Assembly: GCA_024707015.1 (NCBI GenBank)
Contig: JANGFR010000002.1
Coordinates: 74,007 to 138,006, forward strand
Origin: Candidatus Culexarchaeum yellowstonense
Lineage (GTDB): Archaea > Thermoproteota > Methanomethylicia > Culexarchaeales > Culexarchaeaceae
Reading direction: 5' to 3'
DNA: 64,000 nucleotides
This document shows, one piece after another, positions 10,044 through 20,262 of this stretch. Numbering within the stretch: position 1 is the first letter of the stretch; each line of letters opens with the position of its first letter. Under the pieces are notes generated by a model that had not been told where the DNA came from, ran no database searches, and saw only the letters and a program-made list of their open reading frames with translations. The translations under genes and the position numbers were made by a program.

Positions 10044-10997
10044 TTAGCCTACCTCTTCAACCATTATTGGAACTTTAACCCTCCTATAACCGTAACCTTG
10101 CCTATAAACCTCCAATTCCACGTAACCTTGCATTATGGAGTCTTCCACAGCCCTCCTAAGCTCCCTAACGTCCGAAACCTCTTTACCAGCAACCTTAGTT
10201 ATAATGTCTCCAGGTGCAATTCTGGCTTCATAGGCTGGTGTTCCCGGGATGACTCTAACTATTAGTAGTCCACGTTTGAGTGGTAGTCTGTAGGCTGAGG
10301 CCAGTTGGGGGGTTATGGATGCAGCGTAAACTCCTATCATAGCTCTAACGGGTCTACCATAAGCTTCAATCATTTCCAAAACCCTCTTAACAGTGTTTAT
10401 TGGTATTGCGAAGCCAACTCCTTGAGCATATGGGATTATTGCTGTAACCATCCCCACAACCATCCCATCAACGTTGACGAGGGGGCCTCCACTATTACCT
10501 GGATTTATAGCTGCATCAGTCTGTATTAAGTCTTCCAATGCAACATCCTCGCCCACAATATTCCTACCAACAGCGCTAACCACACCCATGGTGACTGTGG
10601 GTCCAGGTAAACCTAGAGGGCTACCCACGGCGAAAACTATTTCACCAACCCTAAGCTGATTGGAGTCACCTAATGGTAGTGGTTTAATATCCTTTGGGAC
10701 ATTCTCAACGCTAACTAAAGCCACATCCCTATAAGTATCCGCTATTAAAACTTTACCATCAAATCTAGATCCATCAAAGAATATTACATCCACAACCCTT
10801 GCATCGGAAACCACATGTGCATTGGTTACAATTATGTTTTCACCTATTAAGAAGCCTGAGCCAAGCCCCCTAATTGGAACGGTACCAAAAATGCTTTCAA
10901 AACCAAGTTTAACAGTGGTTATCGTTACAACGCCCCTTGAAACTTCATTCACAACTTTAATCACATGTTCATTGAAGTCCTTTAGCGGAGTAGCCAT
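10044..10997 (-). CDS. htrA: HtrA/DegP-type serine protease with PDZ domain
   Basis: GSGF, TNAHVV, DVAL and TDAAINPGNSGGPL catalytic-triad motifs; C-terminal PDZ domain. Confidence 0.92.
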   Translation of the reverse strand: MATPLKDFNEHVIKVVNEVSRGVVTITTVKLGFESIFGTVPIRGLGSGFLIGENIIVTNAHVVSDARVVDVIFFDGSRFDGKVLIADTYRDVALVSVENVPKDIKPLPLGDSNQLRVGEIVFAVGSPLGLPGPTVTMGVVSAVGRNIVGEDVALEDLIQTDAAINPGNSGGPLVNVDGMVVGMVTAIIPYAQGVGFAIPINTVKRVLEMIEAYGRPVRAMIGVYAASITPQLASAYRLPLKRGLLIVRVIPGTPAYEARIAPGDIITKVAGKEVSDVRELRRAVEDSIMQGYVELEVYRQGYGYRRVKVPIMVEEVG

Positions 10998-11037
10998 AAA
11001 ACCACTGTAATATACTTTGAAGAGATTCGATATAAAC

Positions 11038-11346
11038 CTATTTCAATGGGAATCTCTGAATGAATTTATCACCATCACCTGAAAGCCTATACCTATAACC
11101 ATTCAATTCTAGGTAATTGTTATCCCTAGCATTGGCTTCAATAAGCCTCTGCTTCAATTCCGGGAAATCATCTGAGAAAGCCCACTCCCCAACACCACTC
11201 TTAAATGGATGCCACTTATGAACATTCAATGAAGCTTCAAGGAATCTAAGCCTATCCTGAAGCATATCAATTATCTGCCTAAGCTCCTTAATCTGAGCTT
11301 CAAGCATAACCCTCTCCAAATCTATGGATTCCTCATCCCTCTCCAA
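11038..11346 (-). CDS. hypothetical protein (N-terminal coiled coil plus small globular domain)
   Basis: 102 aa ORF filling the gap, with a TATA-like upstream region. Confidence 0.65.
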   Translation of the reverse strand: MERDEESIDLERVMLEAQIKELRQIIDMLQDRLRFLEASLNVHKWHPFKSGVGEWAFSDDFPELKQRLIEANARDNNYLELNGYRYRLSGDGDKFIQRFPLK

Positions 11347-11400
11347 GACGCATCAAAATAAATATACATAAATTATATAATAAATGTCTCGGTGTAGGAT

Positions 11401-12399
11401 TTGAAGGCAATGATTTTAATGGAGCAAAAGCCAATAGAGGAAGCACCACTAAAAATGGTGGATTTGGAGGTGCCAACCCCATCCAAGGATGAAGTGCTAT
11501 TAAAGGTGAAGTGTTGTGGAGTGTGCAGAACAGACCTACACATAGTGGAGGGGGAGTTGAAGGCTTTAAAGCTCCCAGTAATAATTGGACATCAAGTTAT
11601 AGGTGAAGTTGTGGATGTGGGATCTGAGGGAAATTCCCATTTAATGGGGAAGGTTTTCGGGGTTCCATGGCTATACTGGAGTTGTGGAAAATGCAAGTAC
11701 TGCATAAATGGAAATGAAAATCTATGCCTAAACGCACTGTTCACTGGATATAGTGTGGATGGTGGATATGCAGAATACATGAAGGCTAAAGTGGATTATA
11801 TACATGAAATTCCATTGGGCATGGACCCAATACAGGCAGCACCACTACTATGTGGTGGAGCCATAGGGTATAGGGCATTTAAAATGGCAAAGGTTAAGGG
11901 GGGAGATAAACTTGGACTATTTGGGTTTGGATCATCAGCACACATGATAATACAAGTGGCAAACAGTATTGGTGTGGAAACATATGTATTCACAAGATCT
12001 AAGAGTTCACAAGAACTGGCCATAAGCTTGGGAGCTAAGTGGGCTGGAGATCCTAGGGAGAATATATCCACACCATTAGATGCAGCAATAGTATTCGCAC
12101 CGGCAGGATGGGTTGCTGTGGAGGCATTAAGGAAGCTTGATAGGGGTGGAAGACTAATATTGGCTGGAATATACATGACTCCAATAGAAAGGTTAGATTA
12201 TAATGACTTATGGCTTGAGAGGGAAATTAAAAGCGTTGCCAACGTTACGAGGAGTGATGTTAGAGAATTCCTAAACATAGCGTCAAAAATAAATTTGAAG
12301 ACAAAAGTGACAGTCTACCCACTGAGTGAAGCCAATGAAGCTTTAAAAAGCCTTAAATTTGGAGAGCATAGTGGATCTATAGTTTTAAAAGTGAATTGA
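11401..12399 (+). CDS. zinc-dependent alcohol dehydrogenase family protein
   Basis: CGVCRTDLH, GHQ, CGKCKYC..G.ENLC, LLCGG and GFGSSAH motifs. Confidence 0.92.
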   Translation: MKAMILMEQKPIEEAPLKMVDLEVPTPSKDEVLLKVKCCGVCRTDLHIVEGELKALKLPVIIGHQVIGEVVDVGSEGNSHLMGKVFGVPWLYWSCGKCKYCINGNENLCLNALFTGYSVDGGYAEYMKAKVDYIHEIPLGMDPIQAAPLLCGGAIGYRAFKMAKVKGGDKLGLFGFGSSAHMIIQVANSIGVETYVFTRSKSSQELAISLGAKWAGDPRENISTPLDAAIVFAPAGWVAVEALRKLDRGGRLILAGIYMTPIERLDYNDLWLEREIKSVANVTRSDVREFLNIASKINLKTKVTVYPLSEANEALKSLKFGEHSGSIVLKVN

Positions 12400-12423
12400 A
12401 GGTTAAATGTAAGTGTAGGATAT

Positions 12424-12975
12424 ATGTCCATCATAATAAGCGAATTGAAGAGGAGACTTAGGGAGCTTGAAGCAAAACACTCAACCAGACCAATACCATC
12501 AATAGTCATAGAAACTGAATTCTCAAGGAAACCTGCAACCATAACATACAATTCAAGCGAATACAGAGATCTAACCGAGATATTTAAGGGAGCTACAGCT
12601 AAGGGGGAGATATTGGGCGATGAATACGTAATATACAATCTACCACAAATATCCTTCGACTCAAAAACATTCAAGAAGATTGAGGATATAGCTTATGGGA
12701 AATTCAAAGTTGAGAGGATAGTGGATGTCCCACCAATACCACACCCAAGATATGGTAGAGAAACCTCAGCTGGATTAGAGTTGATTAAAGATGGTAAACC
12801 CATAGCCACACTATACTCAACTAGATTCCACATAAACATAAACTTTGAACCTGCAGAAGAGCTTGCAGATGAATTAATTAGGGAGGTTTATAGGTTTGAA
12901 GAGAAGCCAAGCTTATTGGCAATACTAATATGGAAGATTAAGAGGTTCCTTAAGAGGAGGTTTGGAGGGGAGTAG
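12424..12975 (+). CDS. hypothetical protein
   Basis: 183 aa ORF 24 bp after the ADH gene with host-like codon usage. Confidence 0.65.
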   Translation: MSIIISELKRRLRELEAKHSTRPIPSIVIETEFSRKPATITYNSSEYRDLTEIFKGATAKGEILGDEYVIYNLPQISFDSKTFKKIEDIAYGKFKVERIVDVPPIPHPRYGRETSAGLELIKDGKPIATLYSTRFHININFEPAEELADELIREVYRFEEKPSLLAILIWKIKRFLKRRFGGE

Positions 12976-13686
12976 GGATAGTGAATTCAAACCCATAATC
13001 TTAAGCTTATCATCCCATGAAATCTTCAAATTCATAATCTTTGAAATCTCCATTTGAATGTTGGAGTATGGGTAATCCGAGCCGAATAGCACCCTATCGG
13101 AGCCAACCCTATTAACAGCATACTCAATAACCTTAAACCCCCTATAAGTGGAGGTTTCAAGGAAGACGTTATCAAAATCCTCTGCAACCTTAATAGCATC
13201 AACAGACCCTTGAGCCATATGGCCAACGATAACCTTCAATTCAGGGTACATGGAGCATATATGTCTAAGGGCATCTGGATGGGAAACACCATATCCGGAG
13301 CAATGAACATAAACAGGCATCCTCATCCTACAAGCATAACTCAATATTGGATCGAGTAGTGAAATATTGAATAAACTGTAACCATCAGTTTCAGGTCTAA
13401 ACTTTAATCCAACAAAACCATGCTTCAAAGCCCTTGAAACCTCATCAAGGATGCTTGAACGTTTAGGGTTAACCCAATAAAATCCGAAAAGCCTACCTGG
13501 ATACTTTGAAACTTCACCCATCAATTTGAGATTATGATTTAAACTTGATGAAGCAGCAGTTACAAATCCATGGGAAATGTTGAAGTCATCCATGATTGAA
13601 AGCATGTGCTCAGCGCAAATGTTTGTTGCAAATACCCCGAAAACTGCACCAATATGCATATGGGCATCTACAATCATTTCACTCAT
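12925..13686 (-). CDS. amidohydrolase family 2 (TIM-barrel metallohydrolase)
   Basis: DAHMH, GLKFRP, VYVH, IVGH and LFGSDYP motifs. Confidence 0.88.
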   Translation of the reverse strand: MSEMIVDAHMHIGAVFGVFATNICAEHMLSIMDDFNISHGFVTAASSSLNHNLKLMGEVSKYPGRLFGFYWVNPKRSSILDEVSRALKHGFVGLKFRPETDGYSLFNISLLDPILSYACRMRMPVYVHCSGYGVSHPDALRHICSMYPELKVIVGHMAQGSVDAIKVAEDFDNVFLETSTYRGFKVIEYAVNRVGSDRVLFGSDYPYSNIQMEISKIMNLKISWDDKLKIMGLNSLSLLPSKPPLKEPLNLPY

Positions 13687-13698
13687 CCAATCGGAAGC

Positions 13699-14388
13699 CT
13701 ACTTCAAAGCATACTTGACGGCTTCCTCAGCTAAAACCTGCAATGGATCCACAATTGGAACCTTCAGATCGCCACTTTTAATAACTACTGAAACCTCCGT
13801 GCATCCGAGGATAATAAGCTCAGCACCTCTAGATATGAATTTATTTGCAACATCCATTAAAAGTCTCCTACCAAGCTCCAGATTCCCAGCCTTAACACCA
13901 TCATATATCCCACTCATAACCAGCTTCTGATCATCATCCCCTGAAATCAGCACCTCAACACCATACTTCCCAAAAGCCTTCTGATATAATCCAGTTTTAA
14001 CAGTTCCAGTTGTAGCTAGAAGCCCTGCAAATTTAATTTTCGGATAAACCTTCGAAACATATTCAGCCGCCAATTCAATCATATTGAAGAATGGGATTTT
14101 AACTGAGGATTTAAGCTCCTCATAATAGTAGTGTGCAGTGTTGCATGGCATTATGATGAAGTCTGCACCAGCCCTCTCAAGCAATCTAGCAGTTTTAATT
14201 AGCTCTGGAACTGGATTCTCCCCACCATAAAGTATTGCCGCAGTCCTATCTGGAACTTTTGGGTTATTGAATATTATTATTGGAATGTGATCTTGATCCC
14301 TCTTGGCAGGTGTAGCTTTAATTATTCTGAGGAATAGTTCTGCAGTGGCTTCAGGACCCAACCCACCCAAAATACCAATAGTCTTCAA
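13699..14388 (-). CDS. aspartate racemase (Asp/Glu racemase family)
   Basis: [13 protein letters not shown], two catalytic Cys motifs PCNTAH and LGCTE. Confidence 0.9.
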   Translation of the reverse strand: MKTIGILGGLGPEATAELFLRIIKATPAKRDQDHIPIIIFNNPKVPDRTAAILYGGENPVPELIKTARLLERAGADFIIMPCNTAHYYYEELKSSVKIPFFNMIELAAEYVSKVYPKIKFAGLLATTGTVKTGLYQKAFGKYGVEVLISGDDDQKLVMSGIYDGVKAGNLELGRRLLMDVANKFISRGAELIILGCTEVSVVIKSGDLKVPIVDPLQVLAEEAVKYALK

Positions 14389-14442
14389 AGCCTGACACCA
14401 CGATAAATAATGTTGAATCAGCCATTATTAAAATTAACCCTT

Positions 14443-15000
14443 CTAAACCTTAAACTTCAAGGTCATACCCATCAGTTTAAACTCACATTCACTGCAAAAC
14501 GTGTAACCCTTGAAATCGGTGTCAATAATGCTATTGCTGAAATGCATAACACACCGCCTATTTGGACAATGCCTTAAACCAAGTGTATGTCCAAGTTCAT
14601 GAACAGCCTCCTTCAAAGCCCTCTCAAAAAACAATTCCAAATCAGCACTATAACCATAAAATTCAGGCCTCAACCTATATAGGGATATAACTGCAAAACC
14701 ACCTCCAAGCATAGCTTCACCGAAAACGAAGTTGAGGGCATCAGCATACATATCCACATCCAAAACACCCAAAACCCTATAATTAATTGAAATCCTCCCG
14801 AAACTCCTACTGAGATAATTAAGTATGATTGAAGAGTTATACTGCATCCTATGGGAATTATAAGCTTCATCAATCAACGGCAACTCATACTCAGAAACAA
14901 TGGCTCTGAAAAATTTAACCTTAGAATTAATGTCGAAAGCTAAACGCTCAACAACTGCTGGCTCAACAAACCCTACTGGCTGAACTAGAACATTGATCAA
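14443..15000 (-). CDS. amzA: archaemetzincin Zn metalloprotease
   Basis: LNFVFGEA, KEAVHELGHTLGLRHC...CVMHFSNS..DTDFK...FC..C; start most likely TTG at 15000 rather than 15087. Confidence 0.92.
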   Translation of the reverse strand: MINVLVQPVGFVEPAVVERLAFDINSKVKFFRAIVSEYELPLIDEAYNSHRMQYNSSIILNYLSRSFGRISINYRVLGVLDVDMYADALNFVFGEAMLGGGFAVISLYRLRPEFYGYSADLELFFERALKEAVHELGHTLGLRHCPNRRCVMHFSNSIIDTDFKGYTFCSECEFKLMGMTLKFKV

Positions 15001-15125
15001 CCTATTCAAAGCGTAAAACCATAAAAATATATTCAGAATGCAAATATAAAAATAAAACCGAATTACAAGCATAATGTGGAAAGACATTTAAGATTAATTT
15101 ACAATTAACTTCTGGAAGTGGGATA

Positions 15126-15683
15126 TTGTCGTTAAACCTTTGGAAGGATATACCACCAGGAGATAATCCACCGGAAATATTGAATATGGTCGTTGAAGTT
15201 ATAAGTGGATCGAGAGACAAGTATGAATATAACCGTGAATGGGGCGCATTCGTACTCGACAGAATAATACATACATCCACAGTATTCCCAGTGGATTATG
15301 GATTCATACCACAAACATGGTATCATGATGAAGACCCACTGGACATAATGGTCTTATCATATGAGCCTCTTGAAATTGGATGCATAATAAAGGTTAGACC
15401 AATAGGTGTACTAATACTTGAAGATGAGAAGGGGGAAGACCCAAAAATACTCTCAGTTCCAATAGCAGACCCAAGATTCAATGGGATAACAAGATTGGAA
15501 CACGTACACCCACACCTATTAGTGGAGATAAGGGAATTCTTCGAAGCATACAAGAAGCTTGAACCAAATAAGTGGGTTAAATATAAGATGTGGGGAGACC
15601 ATGATTTGGCCAAGAGAATAGTTATGGAGAGCATAGAACTATATAAGGAGACATTCCTGAAGGCAGAGAAGAGGAAGGCATGA
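15126..15683 (+). CDS. ppa: inorganic pyrophosphatase (family I)
   Basis: KYE, LDR, YGFIPQT..DEDPLD, DEKGEDPK and YKKLE motifs. Confidence 0.95.
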   Translation: MSLNLWKDIPPGDNPPEILNMVVEVISGSRDKYEYNREWGAFVLDRIIHTSTVFPVDYGFIPQTWYHDEDPLDIMVLSYEPLEIGCIIKVRPIGVLILEDEKGEDPKILSVPIADPRFNGITRLEHVHPHLLVEIREFFEAYKKLEPNKWVKYKMWGDHDLAKRIVMESIELYKETFLKAEKRKA

Positions 15684-15729
15684 ACACATATTTATACTGA
15701 AATAGGGCAATGAATAATGGATAGGGGGT

Positions 15730-16122
15730 ATGCCATCCAGCTACGTTAAAGGCAGGAAATTCGAATACACAGTTAGAGCAAAATTTGCAAAACACGGTTA
15801 TCTAAGTATAAGGGCTAGTAGCAGTAAGGGGACACCTAAAGGCCAACAGCCACTAGATATAGTGGCAGTAAAGGATGGGAAGATAATAATGGTGGAATGC
15901 AAAATGCAGAGGGAGAAGATAACACTACAACTATTGAGGGAGATGAAGGAGCTTGGTGAAAAGTATGGAGTGAACACAGTAATAGTTCACAGCAATAGTA
16001 GGATAACATGCATAGTAGTGCACGATAAGGATGGAATTATAAATGAATTGAAGAATGTTTTTGAAGAAGTTAAGGTTGCAAAAATATTTAATGAAGAATA
16101 TGAGTTTATTGAAGTCACATAA
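15730..16122 (+). CDS. Hjc/Hje-like Holliday junction resolvase (PD-(D/E)XK nuclease)
   Basis: KGRKFE...GY..IRASSS...PLDIVAVK....VECK pattern. Confidence 0.75.
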   Translation: MPSSYVKGRKFEYTVRAKFAKHGYLSIRASSSKGTPKGQQPLDIVAVKDGKIIMVECKMQREKITLQLLREMKELGEKYGVNTVIVHSNSRITCIVVHDKDGIINELKNVFEEVKVAKIFNEEYEFIEVT

Positions 16123-17530
16123 CCTTATGAAACCTATCCCTCTCAATATACATGTCAACCCTTCCATCACTGTAAATCACAAACTCCACAGGCATCCTAA
16201 CACCATTGGAGTAAACGTAGAATCTATTGGACTCCATTAAATCATCCTCTGGAATTAGTGGCATGGTAATGCTTCCAAAAACCCCCTTCTGAACCAAGTA
16301 TAGCATCCCACCCCTATTAACAACTTCAGCATTATCCACACCCATATATGTGGAGTAATGGCCGCAAAGAATATTCATCTTCCTCCTAACCTTAACATAT
16401 GGAACTTCCTCAGGATCCCTCCCCAAAAGGATGGCGTAGAGGGTTTGTGCAAACTCATCATATGGGAAGCCAGCTGAATTAGATGCCATGGCTATGCCGA
16501 AACCATACTCCGGTAGTAGTGATAGGTGGGATGTTGAAACCAGTATTGACCCTCCATGTGAAACAAGTTTAGTTCCAAAGAACCCCTCAATAACACTCCA
16601 ACCATAACCATACCCATGCTTACCATAAAGTTCCCTCGGGAATTCTATATGTATCTTGAACATTTCCTCCAAAGATTCTCTACCAATAACCCGTCTACCA
16701 TCAAATACACCCCAATTCAAATTGGCCACCAGGTAATTGGATAATTCAGTAACGGAGCTTATCAATCCACCAGGAGCTGATATGAAGGAGAATTCAGGGT
16801 TATCTTCAACGTTTGGATATGGGTATGGTGTTGGTATGAATCGTCCAGATTCATCCACCCTATATGGTGTTATCCTATCAGGATCCCTCTCAAAAACGCT
16901 CTTAACAAATGTGCTCCTAAACATTTTAAGAGGCTTCAAAACATTCTCAGTTACATAAACGTGGAATGGCATCCCACTAACATTTTGAATTATGTGTCCA
17001 AGCATCCTGTAACCAGCATTTAGATAGAAGTATCTCCTTCCAGGTTCATCCACAATCTCATTTTGAGCTCCATTAACAAACCTATAGAAATCATTCACAC
17101 TGGCCATGGGTATACCCATATGAAATCCCATACCACTCTGCAATATTATGGTGGAAGTCCCTAAATCTGGAATACCGGAAGTGTGTGAGAGGAGGTGGCG
17201 TATACGTATAGGCTTATCCTTAAACCCTATCTTTAAAGGAACATGATTGGATACTGGATCGTCGAGGGATATCTTCCCAGACTCGACAAGCTGCATTATG
17301 GATAAAGCCACAAAGGATTTGGTAGTTGAACCTAAACCATAAAGGGTGTTGGGGGTTGCTGGGAGAGCCCTCTCCAAATCCCTATAACCAAACCCCTCAC
17401 GATACAGAATACCACTCCTATCCACAATGGATATACTGAACCCTGGAACTTTGAAGCTCTTCATTAATTTTGGAACTTCCCTCTCCACATAACCCTTAAC
17501 CCTATCAATCTCACGTGACATAACCATCAA
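16115..17530 (-). CDS. serine hydrolase, beta-lactamase/PBP fold (Pab87-like peptidase)
   Basis: SxxK (STTK), LLSHTSG, YLN and HGG motifs; C-terminal beta domain ending ERDRFHK. Confidence 0.88.
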   Translation of the reverse strand: MMVMSREIDRVKGYVEREVPKLMKSFKVPGFSISIVDRSGILYREGFGYRDLERALPATPNTLYGLGSTTKSFVALSIMQLVESGKISLDDPVSNHVPLKIGFKDKPIRIRHLLSHTSGIPDLGTSTIILQSGMGFHMGIPMASVNDFYRFVNGAQNEIVDEPGRRYFYLNAGYRMLGHIIQNVSGMPFHVYVTENVLKPLKMFRSTFVKSVFERDPDRITPYRVDESGRFIPTPYPYPNVEDNPEFSFISAPGGLISSVTELSNYLVANLNWGVFDGRRVIGRESLEEMFKIHIEFPRELYGKHGYGYGWSVIEGFFGTKLVSHGGSILVSTSHLSLLPEYGFGIAMASNSAGFPYDEFAQTLYAILLGRDPEEVPYVKVRRKMNILCGHYSTYMGVDNAEVVNRGGMLYLVQKGVFGSITMPLIPEDDLMESNRFYVYSNGVRMPVEFVIYSDGRVDMYIERDRFHKVM

Positions 17531-17635
17531 ATAATACTATTAACATTGAGGCTATTAAAGGGTTTGTAAAACGCCTAGAACCATGAAATTTACATTTATC
17601 ATTTAACCGCCATGAATAAAATGTTATTCAGTTGA

Positions 17636-18079
17636 CTAGTACTTTAATCTTTCAAGTATTATTGAGGGGCAAACCCTCTTCACACCCTCAATACCCCCAA
17701 TCCCCTCAGAAAGAATCCTTGAGAGGTCATTGCCATCCCTAGCCCAAATTTCAACCATAATCATATGATCACCAGTGGATATGAATACATTTTTGGCTTC
17801 AGGAAGTTCACAGATCTTCTTAGCAACTTTTAAGAGTTGCTGAGGCTCCACATCCACACCCACAATTGCTACAGAATTGAAACCAAGCTTGTAGGGATCA
17901 ACAATCACAGTGAACTTATTTATAACATTACCCCTCTTCAATTTCTCAACCCTCTTCCTAATTGTAGACTCACTCAAATTCAGCCTCCTAGCCAATTCAC
18001 TAAAGCTAATATCACCCTCCTCCATCAAAATACTTATAATCCTAAAATCAACCTCATCCACCACGGCTAATTCACCCAC
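17636..18079 (-). CDS. lrpA: Lrp/AsnC transcriptional regulator LrpA
   Basis: HTH ELARRLNLSESTIRKRV; STGDHMIMVEIWARDG and VCPSIILERLK are typical of archaeal LrpA. Confidence 0.88.
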   Translation of the reverse strand: MGELAVVDEVDFRIISILMEEGDISFSELARRLNLSESTIRKRVEKLKRGNVINKFTVIVDPYKLGFNSVAIVGVDVEPQQLLKVAKKICELPEAKNVFISTGDHMIMVEIWARDGNDLSRILSEGIGGIEGVKRVCPSIILERLKY

Positions 18080-18152
18080 CTAAAGTTTAAAGCCATAACA
18101 TAGTGCTAAAATCGGACAATAAAGTTATATTATAGTCTTAAATATAAATTTA

Positions 18153-18668
18153 TTGGGAAATGAAATGAGGAAAATAAGTGAAGAAAATCTTAAAAACGCA
18201 CTTTCAGGGGAAAGCCAAGCACACATAAAGTACATGATTTACGCAGAGAAAGCTGAGGAGGAAGGGTTTAAAAACGTTTCAAGACTATTCAAAGCAGCAG
18301 CATACTCGGAATTCATACATGCAAAAAACCATTCCAGAATTCTAGGTATAATTAAAAGTACAAAGGAAAACCTTGAGAATGCAAGGAATGGGGAGAAATT
18401 TGAAGTTGAAGAAATGTATCCAGTATACAATCTAGTTGCAAAGAGTCAAGGTGAAAGTGGAGTTGCATTGACCACCAATTGGGCTTTGGAATCTGAGAAA
18501 ATCCACTTATCACTATACGAGAAAGCAAAGAGCAAAGTTGATATGGGAGAAGACATGGAACTAGGGGAAATACATGTATGTAGCATATGTGGATACACAG
18601 TTGAGGGGAAGAAACCAGAAAAATGTCCAATATGCGGTGCATCAAAGGATAAATTTAAAACATTCTAA
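18153..18668 (+). CDS. rbr: rubrerythrin
   Basis: GESQA, EFIH, GEKFE..EMYP and EKIH diiron motifs plus CSICGY...CPICG rubredoxin domain. Confidence 0.93.
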   Translation: MGNEMRKISEENLKNALSGESQAHIKYMIYAEKAEEEGFKNVSRLFKAAAYSEFIHAKNHSRILGIIKSTKENLENARNGEKFEVEEMYPVYNLVAKSQGESGVALTTNWALESEKIHLSLYEKAKSKVDMGEDMELGEIHVCSICGYTVEGKKPEKCPICGASKDKFKTF

Positions 18669-19264
18669 TGGTGATATATATGAGCATGTATAAACCAACA
18701 AACTATGAACATCTAATAGGATTAAAGGGGTTCAGCGAACAACTACTCAGAAACCACTTCCAATTATACCAAGGATACGTATCCAACACCAATAAACTCA
18801 TGGAAACCCTTAGAAACCTTGAAAGGGAGGGTAAAATTGGAAGCCCCGAATACGCCGAAGTTAAAAGGAGATTCGGATGGGAATTCAATGGAATGCGCCT
18901 CCACGAATACTACTTCGAAAACATGACAAAAGAATCCATGGAACCAAACAAGAATTCAAAACTATACTTGAAGATCGTAGAGGATTACGGTTCTTACGAG
19001 AATTGGGAGAAGGAATTCAAATCCATTGGAGCTATGAGGGGGATTGGCTGGGTAGTATTATACTATGATGCAAAGGCTAATAGGCTTCTAAACGTTTGGA
19101 TAAATGAACATGATGTGGGACATTTAGCTGGCGCAAAACCAATACTGGTTATGGATGTCTTCGAACATGCATACATGTTGGATTACGGATTGAAGAAGGT
19201 GGATTACATAGAAGCATTCTTCAAAGCCATCAACTGGAGAGAAGTTGAAAAGAGATTTGAATGA
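18668..19264 (+). CDS. Fe/Mn superoxide dismutase family protein (ChrC-like subtype)
   Basis: HFQLYQGYV, NGMRLHEYYF and DVFEHAY motifs; TAATG overlap with rbr. Confidence 0.9.
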   Translation: MVIYMSMYKPTNYEHLIGLKGFSEQLLRNHFQLYQGYVSNTNKLMETLRNLEREGKIGSPEYAEVKRRFGWEFNGMRLHEYYFENMTKESMEPNKNSKLYLKIVEDYGSYENWEKEFKSIGAMRGIGWVVLYYDAKANRLLNVWINEHDVGHLAGAKPILVMDVFEHAYMLDYGLKKVDYIEAFFKAINWREVEKRFE

Positions 19265-19307
19265 AGTGAAACCAAAATAGATGAAATAAATATCAACTCA
19301 CCTTTTT

Positions 19308-20228
19308 TTACGTGACCCTTACAACCTCCTTCTCCAATATAAGGAATGTATGCTCCCATTGAGCCACAGGCTTCCCATTACCTTCAACCATATACGGGTA
19401 CTCAGTAATGTATCCCCTATCCAACAATTGATAGAAGGCCTTTGAATATGAGGGGTTGTCTCTAAACTCTGATAGCCAACGCCTAGTGAATGGGAGGTAA
19501 TTGAACCTCCTTTGAATTGCAAGGAAGAGGCTTCTAGCCGCACCCATCTTTGGAGGTCTTGGGCTAACGAGTTTAAATATATTTCCACCCCTAACCCCAT
19601 TAACTTCACCCTTACCTGAATCAATAGTTGCGAAGGGTTCAATGGCATAAGCATATCCTGGATATAGCTTTGTGAATACATCCTTCACTTGCTTAACATT
19701 TGGTATTGCAAATCCAGTATGAAGCTTATACCTATCCATCTGATGCCCACATAGATTCTTTATTGGCTTGAATCCATAGGACTTGATGGTCTTCTCAATT
19801 ATTGCGCTAATCTTCATAACCGAGACGCCAACCTCAATGTCATTTGAAACGTTATCAATGGCTTCCCTAACAGATTTAATTAAATCTTCATGTTCAGAGG
19901 ATAAGTTTATGGTTACAGCTGCATCTGCAATGTACCCATCATAATGTGCACCCACATCAACCTTGACAATACAGTTATCTGGAATTATGGTTCTTGTGTT
20001 TTCATCTGCAGTGTAGTGGGCTGCAACCTCATTTATACATATATTGCATGGGAAGGCTGGCTTACACCCAAACTCAACAATCTTCCTCTCAAGATCATCA
20101 CAAACATCCTTAATACTTACACCTGCACGCACAACCTCAAAAGCCCTATTTATAGCGGCCTTAGCAGCCTCCCCAGCCCTCCTATAAGCCTCAACCACCT
20201 CATCACTTACCAAGCCACTACACCACAA
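19308..20228 (-). CDS. map: methionine aminopeptidase type II
   Basis: AFPCN, AAHY, KVDVGAHYDGYIADAA, NLCGH, AIEPF and AQWEHT motifs. Confidence 0.95.
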   Translation of the reverse strand: MWCSGLVSDEVVEAYRRAGEAAKAAINRAFEVVRAGVSIKDVCDDLERKIVEFGCKPAFPCNICINEVAAHYTADENTRTIIPDNCIVKVDVGAHYDGYIADAAVTINLSSEHEDLIKSVREAIDNVSNDIEVGVSVMKISAIIEKTIKSYGFKPIKNLCGHQMDRYKLHTGFAIPNVKQVKDVFTKLYPGYAYAIEPFATIDSGKGEVNGVRGGNIFKLVSPRPPKMGAARSLFLAIQRRFNYLPFTRRWLSEFRDNPSYSKAFYQLLDRGYITEYPYMVEGNGKPVAQWEHTFLILEKEVVRVT

Positions 20229-20262
20229 ATAAATTTAAGTAAAAACTGTAATTTAAATTAAA

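Noticed and set aside
15730..16122. Mobile-element or restriction nuclease
   Set aside because: Hjc-like motif spacing, housekeeping context, and no methylase, integrase or terminal repeats nearby
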